Shown: positions 1-13,453, counted from the whole stretch's first letter. The stretch is DNA of 63,937 nucleotides, filler included, from Candidatus Woesearchaeota archaeon (GCA_003695265.1; 4 parts of 4 records of this genome joined end to end with filler, not necessarily neighbours in it), one strand, 5' to 3'. Notes: a model not told the origin generated them from the letters alone. Made by a program: numbers and translations.

Positions 1-1
1 A

Positions 2-1645
2 ATCCTTCATGAGACCGCAAAATTAGATTCCCAAATAAAGGAGCTTGATGAGAAAATCAAGAGGATCAACCCAGAGCCTGTTGGCAAAACAAGGGAAGAA
101 CTCTTGGAAGAATCAGATGCTTTGCAAAAAAAAATAAATAAATTATCAGGAGAAAAACTGCAATTAAACGAGAAAATTGAATCGTGCTCAAGGCAAAAAG
201 AAGATCTTGAGAAAGAATTAAAGGCGAAAGCGGAAATATCAAAAGACCTCATCATAAAGGAATCAGAGCAGAACAGCCTCACCCTAAGCCTTGCAGAAAA
301 GCCAAGCCTTGCCAAAACAGTCGAGGAGCTCGACTTGCTGCTTAAAAACATTTCTCTTGAGATGAACGAGCTCAATGTTAAGAAAAAAGCAGCTGAAGAC
401 ATTATTCTAAGAGTGAAGGGAATGCAAGTCTGCCCAACATGCCTCCAAAAACTAAGTGCTGAGCACAAGAAGGTTATTGCTGATCAGAAAAACTCTGAAA
501 TAAGCCAGCTTGAAAGAGTGATAAGGGAAAAGAAAAAAGTTCTCTCACAGAAAGAAAACGAGCTTAAAAGCCTGAAATCAAGGCTTGAAAAACTTGATGA
601 AGCAGAGCAAAGATTAAACATTCTCAAAGTGGAGATAATCAATCTGAAAAAAATCAGCAGTGAAGTTGTGGAAAAGCAGAAAATTCTTGCCTCTATAATA
701 AAAAAGGAGGAAGAACTTATTAAGAAAAGGGGTGAGCTTTCTAAAATAGATATTAATGAGTTAAACCAAAAACTGGCAGCCAACAAAAAACTATTGCAAA
801 AAATAATTGATTTTGACCTTCAGGTAAAAGAAAAAAAAGGGCTGGTTGAGCTTCTGAATGACAAAATAAAAAGAAAAGAAAAACTGGTGGAAGCACAGGC
901 AGAACTCTTCTCAAAAATAAAGGAGCTGAAACTTGAGTCAGCGCGGATTGAGCAGGAATTATCCTTATTTGAAAGCGCTGAGGAAGAGCAGAAAGCATTA
1001 AGACAGTCTTTTGAGAAGCTGAAAAACGAGTTGCAGGCTCTTGAAATGAGCAAATTAGGTCTTGAGAAAGACTACTCCATGCTCAGCGAGCAAATAACCT
1101 CTTTAGACAAAGAAATTAGGTCAATGGAAGAAACACTTCAGAAAATAAAAAACTTATCAAAGCTGCAGCACTGGCTTGAGAATTACTTTGTAAAACTTGT
1201 TTCCATAATGGAGCGTGCTGTGATGACAAGCATTTACCAGGAATTCAACCACTTGTTTGTTGAATGGTTCTCCCTATTAATTGCAGACGAAGGCCTGAGC
1301 TGCAGGCTTGATGACAGCTTCTCGCCACTGATAGAGCAGAACGGCTATGAGTCAAGCTTTGAAAACCTTTCAGGAGGGGAAAAAACATCTCTGGCCTTGG
1401 CTTACCGCCTGGCATTAAACAGCGTTGTTAACCACTTAATCCAAAACATAAAAACAAAAGACCTTCTAATCCTGGATGAGCCGACAGACGGCTTTTCCTC
1501 AGAGCAGCTCGACCGCGTAAGAGACGTCTTCAACCAGATAAAGACTAGGCAGCTCATCATCGTGAGCCACGAGCCAAAGCTTGAAAGCTTTGTAAACAAC
1601 GTGATTAAAATACAGAAAGAAGAGCATGTGAGCAATGTTTTCTGA
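2..1645 (+). CDS. rad50: Rad50/SbcC SMC-like ATPase, C-terminal part (5' end outside window)
   Basis: Long coiled coil with zinc hook CPTC, ABC signature LSGGE, Walker B LILDEPT, H-loop IVSHE; frame is open back to base 2. Confidence 0.9.
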   Translation: MLHETAKLDSQIKELDEKIKRINPEPVGKTREELLEESDALQKKINKLSGEKLQLNEKIESCSRQKEDLEKELKAKAEISKDLIIKESEQNSLTLSLAEKPSLAKTVEELDLLLKNISLEMNELNVKKKAAEDIILRVKGMQVCPTCLQKLSAEHKKVIADQKNSEISQLERVIREKKKVLSQKENELKSLKSRLEKLDEAEQRLNILKVEIINLKKISSEVVEKQKILASIIKKEEELIKKRGELSKIDINELNQKLAANKKLLQKIIDFDLQVKEKKGLVELLNDKIKRKEKLVEAQAELFSKIKELKLESARIEQELSLFESAEEEQKALRQSFEKLKNELQALEMSKLGLEKDYSMLSEQITSLDKEIRSMEETLQKIKNLSKLQHWLENYFVKLVSIMERAVMTSIYQEFNHLFVEWFSLLIADEGLSCRLDDSFSPLIEQNGYESSFENLSGGEKTSLALAYRLALNSVVNHLIQNIKTKDLLILDEPTDGFSSEQLDRVRDVFNQIKTRQLIIVSHEPKLESFVNNVIKIQKEEHVSNVF

Positions 1646-1717
1646 AGATAAGATTTTATGGTAAACTTTTTTATGATAAATTATAAATATCATTCAAATT
1701 TTCTTCTTTAATCAAAA

Positions 1718-1876
1718 GGGGCCATAGTGTAGCTTGGCCATCATGTGATGGAGCAACTATCATACAAGCTCGGGGTTCATGGAGCAAGCATTTTGCTGGC
1801 TGTGACATGGACAGCTTGTGACCAGGGTTCAAAATAGGTTTTTGCAAGAAACCTGATGAAAATCCCTGTGGCCCCA
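1718..1876 (+). tRNA. tRNA-Pro (GGG, or CGG in an alternative register) with three introns: 1738-1756 (D-loop), 1776-1812 (37/38), 1834-1862 (59/60)
   Basis: Acceptor GGGGCCA/TGGCCCC+A, anticodon stem CAAGC/GCTTG, T-arm CAGGG-TTCAAA|T-CCCTG after removing BHB-bounded inserts. Confidence 0.85.
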
Positions 1877-1922
1877 CTTATCATCTTAGAAAAGTATATA
1901 AATAAGTCTAGCATTTAAAAAG

Positions 1923-3365
1923 ATGGTGGTACTGTTGAAAAAGCTTACATTCCCTTTGTTATTTGCCTTTTGCATTCTTGCTTTTAGTGCTGAGGCTGTT
2001 TTGGTTGCTGATCTTCAGCCAATAAACGCTGAGATTTTCCTGAATGAAACAGCAAAGTACAATTTAACAATCACAAATTTTGGAAATACTCCAGACCACT
2101 TTATTATCTACACGCAGGACCCTCGCTGGCATGTTTCCACAGAGCCAAAGGTCTCCCAGATTGCTGCTGGCGAAAAAACAATTACTACTTTGGAAATAAA
2201 GCCTTTAAGCGGTTTGAGGGAGCGCCTCCACATAGTAAACATTTACTTAAAGTCTACAATAACAACGCAGGTGATTGAAAAGAGCGTTGTTGTTAACATA
2301 AAATCAACGACACCTCCTGAGCCGAAGGAATACTTGCCCAGTGTGAAAATGGATGCTGAGATTTCTAATAATGGAAGGCTGGATCCAAGGGAGAAGGTTG
2401 TCTTGACACTCTTATTTGAGAATAGGAATTCTTTGAACATTGATAACCTTGAGATTCTCATTGACAGCAACCTAATAAAAGACGCGTCAACAACACAGCT
2501 TGGTCCTTTGGAGCAAAGAAAGAAAATATTTACTTTCGAGCTTGACCCTTACACAAAGCCGCAGGATGATTCGCTCACGATAATGGCTGTTGTTGGGAAC
2601 AGGACTGTAGCAACAATTGATAACATGCCACTGACCATCCTTCCGTACAGCCCTTTCTTTGAAAGGGAAAAAAAGGAAGAAAAAACGTTTTTGGCAAGCT
2701 TTCAGAAAATAACATTTAAGAACATTGGGAACGTTCCCAGAGAAGAAGACGTTAAAATAAGAACAAACCCGATAGTTGAGTTCTTTACAAAAACTTTCCC
2801 AAAGGCAAACTTGGAAAAGGAAAATGGTGAAACCTATTTTGTGTGGAACATAAATCTTGAGCCTAACAGTGAAACCAGTATTTTAATAAGCACTGATTAC
2901 CGCGGCTTGTTCTTCACTCTTTTGCTTATAATAATTATAATAATTTCTTATTACGTTTTCAGGAGCCCCCTTGTTGTTCAAAAGGAAGGGATTAAGATAG
3001 GGCAAACCGAGGGGGGATTGTCAGAACTAAAAATAATGATACACTTAAAGAATAGGAGTAGGCAGACAATAAACAACATACTTGTCACTGATAAGATTCC
3101 ACCTATTGTTGATATTATGCAGGAATCATATTTGGGCTCAATCAGCCCTAGCAAAGTGATAAAGCATGAGCACAAAGGATCAATACTTAAATGGAACATT
3201 GACAAGCTTGATTCATTAGAGGAAAGAATCATCTCATACAGGGTTAAGTTCAGGTTGAGTGTTGTTGGTGGGCTAAGGCTGGGGCCTTGCTTGGTGAATT
3301 ATTCTGTTGGTGAAGGTAAAGAGAGAAAACTAACTTCTAATTATTTAAGGGTCTTGTCTGAATAG
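1923..3365 (+). CDS. Secreted/membrane-anchored protein with Ig-like beta-sandwich domains
   Basis: N-terminal signal peptide, beta-rich repeats (NLTITNFGN, ITFKNIGN), one internal TM helix. Confidence 0.6.
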   Translation: MVVLLKKLTFPLLFAFCILAFSAEAVLVADLQPINAEIFLNETAKYNLTITNFGNTPDHFIIYTQDPRWHVSTEPKVSQIAAGEKTITTLEIKPLSGLRERLHIVNIYLKSTITTQVIEKSVVVNIKSTTPPEPKEYLPSVKMDAEISNNGRLDPREKVVLTLLFENRNSLNIDNLEILIDSNLIKDASTTQLGPLEQRKKIFTFELDPYTKPQDDSLTIMAVVGNRTVATIDNMPLTILPYSPFFEREKKEEKTFLASFQKITFKNIGNVPREEDVKIRTNPIVEFFTKTFPKANLEKENGETYFVWNINLEPNSETSILISTDYRGLFFTLLLIIIIIISYYVFRSPLVVQKEGIKIGQTEGGLSELKIMIHLKNRSRQTINNILVTDKIPPIVDIMQESYLGSISPSKVIKHEHKGSILKWNIDKLDSLEERIISYRVKFRLSVVGGLRLGPCLVNYSVGEGKERKLTSNYLRVLSE

Positions 3366-3694
3366 TGTTTGCTGAGAAAGAATAAAATACTAATAATAAA
3401 GACAGGGCCTGAAATAAATATCAGAGATAAAACGTTATTGTAAGTTTTAAAGAAAACAGTGAACGCGATGCCTAATATCATAAACGCTATTCCCCCAAAT
3501 AATTCTTTTCTCCATGAAACGCAAGCGCATATAGTTAATATTATGCTTGGTATTAAGTGTATAAGCAACGCAAAAAATATTTTTGGAAAGCCATAACCTT
3601 CTTCAAAAACATCCAGGGCAAACAGGCTGATAAATATAATGTATGTTATGGATAATATTCTTGGAGACCAATACAGAACCTTTTTTTTATTCAT
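3341..3694 (-). CDS. Small integral membrane protein (about 4 TM)
   Basis: 117 aa hydrophobic ORF with ATG start. Confidence 0.6.
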   Translation of the reverse strand: MNKKKVLYWSPRILSITYIIFISLFALDVFEEGYGFPKIFFALLIHLIPSIILTICACVSWRKELFGGIAFMILGIAFTVFFKTYNNVLSLIFISGPVFIISILFFLSKHYSDKTLK

Positions 3695-3800
3695 TTCTTC
3701 ATAATAGGTTGGGGTGAATTATATTATTATTGGCAAGTTTTTGTTTTTTATATTTTTCCAAAATCTTTATAAACATTCTGTAATTTTTGCTTCCTTAAGC

Positions 3801-3993
3801 CCCCCCGTAGCTTAGTGGCTAAAGCGTTCGGCTGTAGATTCATGGTGACGTTGCATTTTTTGCAGAGGATGAGGCCATGTCAGCCGTTACCGAAAGATCC
3901 CCGGTTCGAATACAGCGGTCTGAATCAGCGTTCAAAGGTTCTGAACTCAGAACGCTGTTTTGCAGACTGCTGGTGAAAATCTGGGCGGGGGGA
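3801..3993 (+). tRNA. tRNA-Tyr(GTA) with two introns: 3838-3888 (37/38) and 3911-3979 (59/60)
   Basis: Acceptor CCCCCCG/CGGGGGG+A (C1-G72, A73 archaeal Tyr identity), TTCGG-CT-GTA-G|A-CCGAA, CCCGG-TTCGAA|T-CTGGG. Confidence 0.9.
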
Positions 3994-4030
3994 CTTTCTT
4001 TATTTTTCTTATGTCAATTTTATACTAATT

Positions 4031-4324
4031 TTATATGATAGCTTCTAATTTTCCTGACTCGCCGCAGAAGAAAAACAAGTTGTTAATGTTTGGAAGAAGC
4101 TTTTTTATTTTTCGCAGTTGCTTTTTTGCTTTCAGAATTCTGTAGCTGCATTTTACCTCATATGCGTCATAGTCTTTTCCTTTCCTTGCAAGTATGTCTA
4201 TTTCTGCAACTTTTCTTTTGCGTTTAGAATAAAGCGGAATGTTGAGGATGATCTCATCATATTCAGATTTGATTATTTCGCAAAGGGCTTCCACATACCT
4301 ATCATGTTTTAGCTTTCTTGCCAA
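4031..4324 (-). CDS. Small PD-(D/E)XK nuclease-fold protein (YraN/Hjc-like); start uncertain (TTG 4324 or ATG 4390)
   Basis: Motif EIDILARK...YEVKCS. Confidence 0.65.
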   Translation of the reverse strand: MARKLKHDRYVEALCEIIKSEYDEIILNIPLYSKRKRKVAEIDILARKGKDYDAYEVKCSYRILKAKKQLRKIKKLLPNINNLFFFCGESGKLEAII

Positions 4325-4564
4325 CTTAAGCCACTTTATTATATATAAAACTATACTAATATATAAACTTTTATATAATTCAAAATTCATAAAAAACTTT
4401 TTTTAATAAATCCTCACTTTAAGAGGAAAGATAACCGCAAGATTTATAAAGAGAGAAAAACTTCTCAGCGGAATGGTCAAAGCACCCTTCTATAGCGCTA
4501 AAAACGCTTAATTGAGCTTTATTAGCAAATAGAGGGATTGCTAGCCATAATACAAAAAAATAAT

Positions 4565-4717
4565 GCCCTGGTAGTGTAGTTCGGCCTATCATGAAGCCCT
4601 GTCGTAGCCGTTTTAGACTCTATATGGCTTATCTGGCCTGGCTGAAGAAAGGCTTCGACCCGGGTTCGAAGAACATATGATCAAAAAGGTCAATGGTTGA
4701 AAGTCCCGGCCAGGGCG
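4565..4717 (+). tRNA. tRNA-Asp(GTC) with two introns: 4605-4649 (37/38) and 4671-4703 (59/60)
   Basis: GCCCTGG/CCAGGGC+G, AAGCC-CT-GTC-G|A-GGCTT, CCGGG-TTCGAA|T-CCCGG. Confidence 0.9.
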
Positions 4718-4725
4718 CTTCCCTT

Positions 4726-4953
4726 GGGCCGGTAGCTCAGCCTGGCAACGGGTTACGCTCCGTTAACGCGCAAAAGGAGACTCACATTTGTGAAGTCACC
4801 TACGCTCACTTCGGCCGCGTAATCCTTGGGCAACTAGAGCACTCGACTTTTATCATTGGCAGAAATCGAGTGGTCGCGGGTTCAAAAGCAGTAAGCATAA
4901 CGGCTTGCAGAACGCTGAAAAGCTGAGCGCTGATGAAAGTCCCGTCCGGCCCA
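4726..4953 (+). tRNA. tRNA-Lys(TTT) with three introns: 4746-4833 (D-loop), 4853-4864 (37/38), 4887-4939 (59/60)
   Basis: GGGCCGG/CCGGCCC+A, GCTC/GAGC D-stem, CTCGA-CT-TTT-A|A-TCGAG, GCGGG-TTCAAA|T-CCCGT. Confidence 0.9.
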
Positions 4954-4978
4954 TCATGATTATGAGGATATACCAAGA

Positions 4979-5218
4979 ATGGTAAAGAAATCAAAAATAA
5001 ACCACATCCTTGTGCCTGAGCACAAAAAACTCAGCGATAAAGCAAAGAAAGATCTTCTTGATAAATACAATATTACACTTAACGAGCTTCCAAGAATCCA
5101 CTTGTCTGACAGGGCAATATCACATCTTGAGCCAAAAGTTGATGATGTCATAATGATAATAAGGAAGAGTCCGACCGCAGGAGAATCCATATTTTACAGG
5201 AGGGTTGTGAATGAATAA
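4979..5218 (+). CDS. rpoH: RNA polymerase subunit H (Rpo5)
   Basis: HILVPEH...LPRI...IIRKSPTAGESIFYRRV; first gene of RNAP operon. Confidence 0.95.
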   Translation: MVKKSKINHILVPEHKKLSDKAKKDLLDKYNITLNELPRIHLSDRAISHLEPKVDDVIMIIRKSPTAGESIFYRRVVNE

Positions 5219-6698
5219 AGTTTCTTCTTTGCTTTTAAAAAAATACTTTGAAGAGAACGATTTGGTAAAATCAGACATTGAAAGCTTTAATCATTTTATT
5301 GAAGTTGAGCTGAACAAAATAATAGAAGAAAACAGGGAAATAGAACCAACTATAATACCTCACAACATTGACGAATTCAAGATAAGGCTTGACAAAATAT
5401 GGGTTACAAAGCCTGAGATTACAGAGGCTGACGGCTCAAAAAGGCCGATTTACCCAGTTGAGGCGAGGCTGAGAAAAATATCTTATTCTGCTCCAATATT
5501 CATTGAGGCAAGTTCTCACATTAATGGAATACAGCGAGAGTCTTTCACGACAAGAATAGGTAACATGCCTATAATGCTTAAGTCAAACAACTGCCATCTT
5601 AACAAGCTTAGCAGGGAGGAATTAATCCAGAAAGGCGAAGATCCTGACGATCTTGGGGGTTATTTCATAATTAACGGAACTGAGAAGGTTTTAGTAAACA
5701 TTGAAGACTTGGCAAGCAACAAATTCTTGGTTGAAAAAAACGTGACTGGGCCTAGCAAGTTCGTTGGCAAGATGTTCTCTGAGCGAGGATCTTTCAAAAT
5801 ACCCCACACTCTTGAGAGAATGAGAGATGGGTTGTTTTACTTGACATTCACAAGAGTGCAGAGAATGCCTGTAATATATATAATAAAGGCATTGGGCCTC
5901 GTGAAGGATGAGGACATAATGAAATTCGTGTCAGCAGACAAGCAATATGATGAAGTCCTAGTAAACCTTTACGAGTTTGTTGACATAAAAAGCGAGGAGG
6001 AAGCTCTTGACATACTCGCAAAGAAAATCGGCATTACACAGTCAAAGGAGGTAAGGCTTCAGAGGATGCAGGAAATTCTTGACAAGTACTTGTTGCCTCA
6101 TCTAGGCACTTCTCCTGAGGACAGAATATTTAAGGCTTACAATATATGTAAGATGATTAAGAAATATATCGAAGTTGCGAATGGCGAAGTAAGCACTGAT
6201 GATAAGGACCATTACATGAACAAGAGGTTAAAGCTGAGCGGTGACCTTCTTGCAGATCTTTTCCGCGTAAACCTAAAAGTCTTGATTGGAGACCTGCTTT
6301 ACAACTTCCAGAGAATTGTTAAGAGAGGGAAGTTTCCGTCAATTAAAGTCATAATTAGAGAAAAGCTTCTTACCTCAAGGATTTACAGCTCGATGGCAAC
6401 GGGAACTTGGGTTGGGGGCAGGAAAGGAATAAGCCAGAGAATTCAGCGCCTCAATTTCCTTAACACGCAGTCTCACTTGCAGCGCGTCGTGAGCCCGTTG
6501 TCAAGCTCGCAGGAAAACTTTGAGGCTCGCGAATTGCACCCAACGCATCTCGGCAGGTTGTGCCCTGTGGAGACTCCAGAAGGAACAAACATCGGCCTAA
6601 GAAAGAATTTGTCATTGCTGGCGAGCATTTCTGGAGATCTGGATGAAGATGAAGTGATCAAAGCCTTGAAGAATTATGGTTTGAAACCAATAAGATAA
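5211..6698 (+). CDS. rpoB2: RNA polymerase subunit B''
   Basis: GGYFIINGTEKV, CPVETPEGTNIGL. Confidence 0.95.
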   Translation: MNKVSSLLLKKYFEENDLVKSDIESFNHFIEVELNKIIEENREIEPTIIPHNIDEFKIRLDKIWVTKPEITEADGSKRPIYPVEARLRKISYSAPIFIEASSHINGIQRESFTTRIGNMPIMLKSNNCHLNKLSREELIQKGEDPDDLGGYFIINGTEKVLVNIEDLASNKFLVEKNVTGPSKFVGKMFSERGSFKIPHTLERMRDGLFYLTFTRVQRMPVIYIIKALGLVKDEDIMKFVSADKQYDEVLVNLYEFVDIKSEEEALDILAKKIGITQSKEVRLQRMQEILDKYLLPHLGTSPEDRIFKAYNICKMIKKYIEVANGEVSTDDKDHYMNKRLKLSGDLLADLFRVNLKVLIGDLLYNFQRIVKRGKFPSIKVIIREKLLTSRIYSSMATGTWVGGRKGISQRIQRLNFLNTQSHLQRVVSPLSSSQENFEARELHPTHLGRLCPVETPEGTNIGLRKNLSLLASISGDLDEDEVIKALKNYGLKPIR

Positions 6699-6715
6699 AA
6701 AACAATAAGATAAAA

Positions 6716-8518
6716 ATGGCTGAAGTATACCTTAACGGGAAATATGTTGGAACTGTTGAGAACAAAGAAGACTTTGTTGAAACATTAAGGCAGGAGAGAA
6801 GAAAAGGCAAAATTTCCAGAAACATTAACGTGTTAGAAGACTTTCAGACAGACAGCATATACATTGACAGCTCTCGCGGCCGAGTGAGAAGACCCCTAAT
6901 AGTTGTGAAAAACGGTCAGCCCCTGCTTACTGAGAAGCATGTTCAGCAACTTGAAAAAAATGAGATTTCATGGAGTGATCTAGTAAACCAGGGCGTAATA
7001 GAATACCTAGACGCTTCTGAAGAGGAGAATGCTCTTGTTGCTTTTTTCCCCGAGGATCTCACAGAAGAGCACACCCATCTTGAAATAACACCTCTTGCCA
7101 TGGTTGGATTATGCACCAGCCTGGTTCCTTTTGGGAACTTTAACCACGGGGTGCGCTTATTGCAGGGCTCAAAGAACCAGAAGCAAGCCCTAGGATTCTA
7201 CGCTGCCAATTACCCTGTCAGAATGGACATGGACGTGAATTTGCTTCACACACCCCAAATACCTATCGTAAAATCAGTCATGCATGAAATTTCTGCTTTT
7301 GACAAGCACCCCTGCGGACAAAACATCATTGTTGCAGTAATGGGCTATGAAGGTTATAACATGGAGGACGCTATTGTACTCAACAAAGGGTCGATAGAGC
7401 GCGGATTGGGAAGAAGCACTTATTACAGGCCCTCAATAACAGAAGAACTGAGGTACAGCGGTGGCCTAGTTGATGAGATCTGTGTTCCTGACAAAGACGT
7501 TAAGGGATACAGGTCAGAAAAAGACTACAGGTTCCTGGAGGATGATGGAATAATATTCCCAGAAGCAAAAGTGGATGCAGGTGATGTTATTATTGGAAAA
7601 ACCTCACCGCCAAGATTCTTAAGCAGCTTGGAGGAATACAACCTAAGCGCTTCTAGCAGAAGAGAAAGCTCTGTCGCTGTTAAGCACGGCGAAAAAGGAG
7701 TTGTTGATTTTGTCCTTATCACTGAAAACATGGAAGGTAACAAGTTAGTGCAGGTTCGCATAAGGGATGAAAGGATTCCTGAAATGGGTGACAAGTTCAC
7801 AAGCCGCCACGGGCAAAAAGGAGTTATCGGTTTAGTTGTTCCTCATGCTGAAATGCCGTTCACAGCATCAGGTATTGTACCTGACTTATTATTCAGCCCG
7901 CATGGCGTTCCTTCGCGTATGACAATATCCCACCTTATCGAGCTGGTTGGTGGGAAAGTTGGAGCTCTAAAAGGAGAATTCATCAATGGGACTATGTTTG
8001 AGTCAGAAAGCGAGGATGACATTAGAAAGGCTTTGAAAGAATTTGGTTTTCGTGAAAACGGCACAGAAACAATGTATAATGGTAGGACAGGTGAAAAATT
8101 CAAGGTTAAAATTTACGTTGGAAACATGTATTATCTGAAATTAAAGCACATGGTCGCGAACAAAATTCATGCTCGCGCCCGCGGCCCAATACAGTTGTTG
8201 ACAAGGCAGCCTACAGAAGGTCGCGCAAAGGAAGGTGGTCTGCGCTTAGGAGAAATGGAGAAAGACACTTTTGTTGCGCATGGCGCCTCATTACTGCTTA
8301 AGGAAAGGTTTGACTCTGACAGGACAGTCGTGCCTATATGCGAGTCTTGCGGACTAATAGCTGTTCACAACGAGTACAAAAACAAGTCGTACTGCCCTGT
8401 TTGTGGAGATAACGTTGAGATTAATAATATTGAGTTAAGTTATGCTTTCAAGCTCTTGCTTGATGAATTCAAAGCAATGGGCGTTTACCCAAAGCTTAAG
8501 CTTGAAAACAAGTACTGA
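6716..8518 (+). CDS. rpoB1: RNA polymerase subunit B'
   Basis: GYNMEDA, GDKFTSRHGQKG, GGLRLGEME, C-terminal zinc finger. Confidence 0.95.
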   Translation: MAEVYLNGKYVGTVENKEDFVETLRQERRKGKISRNINVLEDFQTDSIYIDSSRGRVRRPLIVVKNGQPLLTEKHVQQLEKNEISWSDLVNQGVIEYLDASEEENALVAFFPEDLTEEHTHLEITPLAMVGLCTSLVPFGNFNHGVRLLQGSKNQKQALGFYAANYPVRMDMDVNLLHTPQIPIVKSVMHEISAFDKHPCGQNIIVAVMGYEGYNMEDAIVLNKGSIERGLGRSTYYRPSITEELRYSGGLVDEICVPDKDVKGYRSEKDYRFLEDDGIIFPEAKVDAGDVIIGKTSPPRFLSSLEEYNLSASSRRESSVAVKHGEKGVVDFVLITENMEGNKLVQVRIRDERIPEMGDKFTSRHGQKGVIGLVVPHAEMPFTASGIVPDLLFSPHGVPSRMTISHLIELVGGKVGALKGEFINGTMFESESEDDIRKALKEFGFRENGTETMYNGRTGEKFKVKIYVGNMYYLKLKHMVANKIHARARGPIQLLTRQPTEGRAKEGGLRLGEMEKDTFVAHGASLLLKERFDSDRTVVPICESCGLIAVHNEYKNKSYCPVCGDNVEINNIELSYAFKLLLDEFKAMGVYPKLKLENKY

Positions 8519-8527
8519 GGAATAAAA

Positions 8528-12255
<3,728 letters not shown>

Positions 12256-12256
12256 T

Positions 12257-12541
12257 ATGGCAAAGAAAAAGGAATTGGGAGATGCAGAGAAAGAAATAAA
12301 GTCCTATTTAAAAACTAATAAATTAGTGCTCGGAAGCAAAGAAACCTTGAAATGTTTGCGCGCTTCTGCGTTGGAAAAGGTTTTTTTAGCCGCAAACTGC
12401 AGGCAAGACGTTTCTGAAGAAATAAGTCACCTTGCAAAACTGTCAGAAACTGACGTTGTTAAAATGAGGCATATTGATCAGGAAATGGGCGCACTATGCA
12501 AAAAACCGTACTCTATTTCTGTGATAGGCGTGAAAAAGTGA
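12257..12541 (+). CDS. rpl30e: 50S ribosomal protein L30e
   Basis: KLVLGSKETLK, LCKKPYSISV; conserved operon position. Confidence 0.85.
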   Translation: MAKKKELGDAEKEIKSYLKTNKLVLGSKETLKCLRASALEKVFLAANCRQDVSEEISHLAKLSETDVVKMRHIDQEMGALCKKPYSISVIGVKK

Positions 12542-12966
12542 TTCAATTGGCTAGGATTAAATACGATGCTTCCCTTATGAAGTACATGTCTTTGTTTGAG
12601 AAAGTAACCAGAGCAAGGGTTAAGGACTGCTTTTCAGACAAGAACAACATCCTTGTTTTCGTTGTTCAAGAAACCCAGCTAGGCAAAGCGGTTGGCAAAA
12701 AGGGTGTTATGATCAAGAAGCTTGAGAGCATTTTTAAAAGAAGGCTGAAAGTTGTTGAGTTCAGCAATGACTTAGTTCAATTCGTTAAAAATTATGTGTA
12801 CCCCATTGAAACAAGAGTAATCTCAGAAGAGGATGGTATTGTTGTGATAGAAGGCGCAGACGCAAGAGCCAAAGGCCTTCTTATTGGAAGAAACGCGCAG
12901 AACCTTCGCGCCTTGGAAGAAGTGTGCAGGAGGTATTTTTCGGTGAAGGAAATCAAGGTTGTGTAA
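12538..12966 (+). CDS. nusA: Archaeal NusA (KH domains); probable GTG/TTG start 12538/12547
   Basis: GKAVGKKG and GLLIGRNAQN KH motifs; operon position. Confidence 0.9.
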   Translation: MIQLARIKYDASLMKYMSLFEKVTRARVKDCFSDKNNILVFVVQETQLGKAVGKKGVMIKKLESIFKRRLKVVEFSNDLVQFVKNYVYPIETRVISEEDGIVVIEGADARAKGLLIGRNAQNLRALEEVCRRYFSVKEIKVV

Positions 12967-13014
12967 AACATTTCCAAAAATTTTATAAATAAACCATAAT
13001 TCTCAGGTGTAATA

Positions 13015-13452
13015 ATGGGAAAGAAAGCAAGCGGAATGAACGCTGGGAAAAAGCTTTTGAAGAGAAGGCACAAGTTCAGGTGGTCTTCAAAGCAATTCGT
13101 TAAGCGGGCGAAAGACCTGAAGAGGAAGTCAGACCCACTTAGAGGAAGCTCTCAGGCAAAGGGAATTGTGCTTGAAAAAGTGCAGCTAGAGGCGAAGCAG
13201 CCTAACTCTGCTATGAGGAAGTGCGTTAGGGTTCAGCTTCTCAAGAATGGAAAGCAGGTCACTGCTTTTTGCCCTGGCGACGGCGCAACCAAGATAATTG
13301 ACGAGCACGACGAGGTTGTTATTGAGTGCATTGGTGGCAAGATGGGCCGCGCAAAAGGCGACATTCCTGGCGTCAGGTGGCAGGTTATTAAGGTTAACGC
13401 CCAGTCCTTGGATGCTTTACTTAAAGGAAAAATAGAGAAGGCAAGAAAGTAA
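13015..13452 (+). CDS. rps12: 30S ribosomal protein S12
   Basis: [23 protein letters not shown]. Confidence 0.97.
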   Translation: MGKKASGMNAGKKLLKRRHKFRWSSKQFVKRAKDLKRKSDPLRGSSQAKGIVLEKVQLEAKQPNSAMRKCVRVQLLKNGKQVTAFCPGDGATKIIDEHDEVVIECIGGKMGRAKGDIPGVRWQVIKVNAQSLDALLKGKIEKARK

Positions 13453-13453
13453 A

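Noticed and set aside
1834..1862. CTGATGA..GAAA in Pro and Lys T-loop introns resembling a hammerhead core or C/D box C
   Set aside because: No stem II between CTGATGA and GAAA and no correctly ordered C/D pair; TGAA is explained by BHB pairing with the T-loop
4693..4994. ORFs 4693-4926 (+) and 4806-4994 (-), also 1671-1877 (-) and 48170-48415 (-)
   Set aside because: Overlap tRNA genes or real CDSs; no protein motifs
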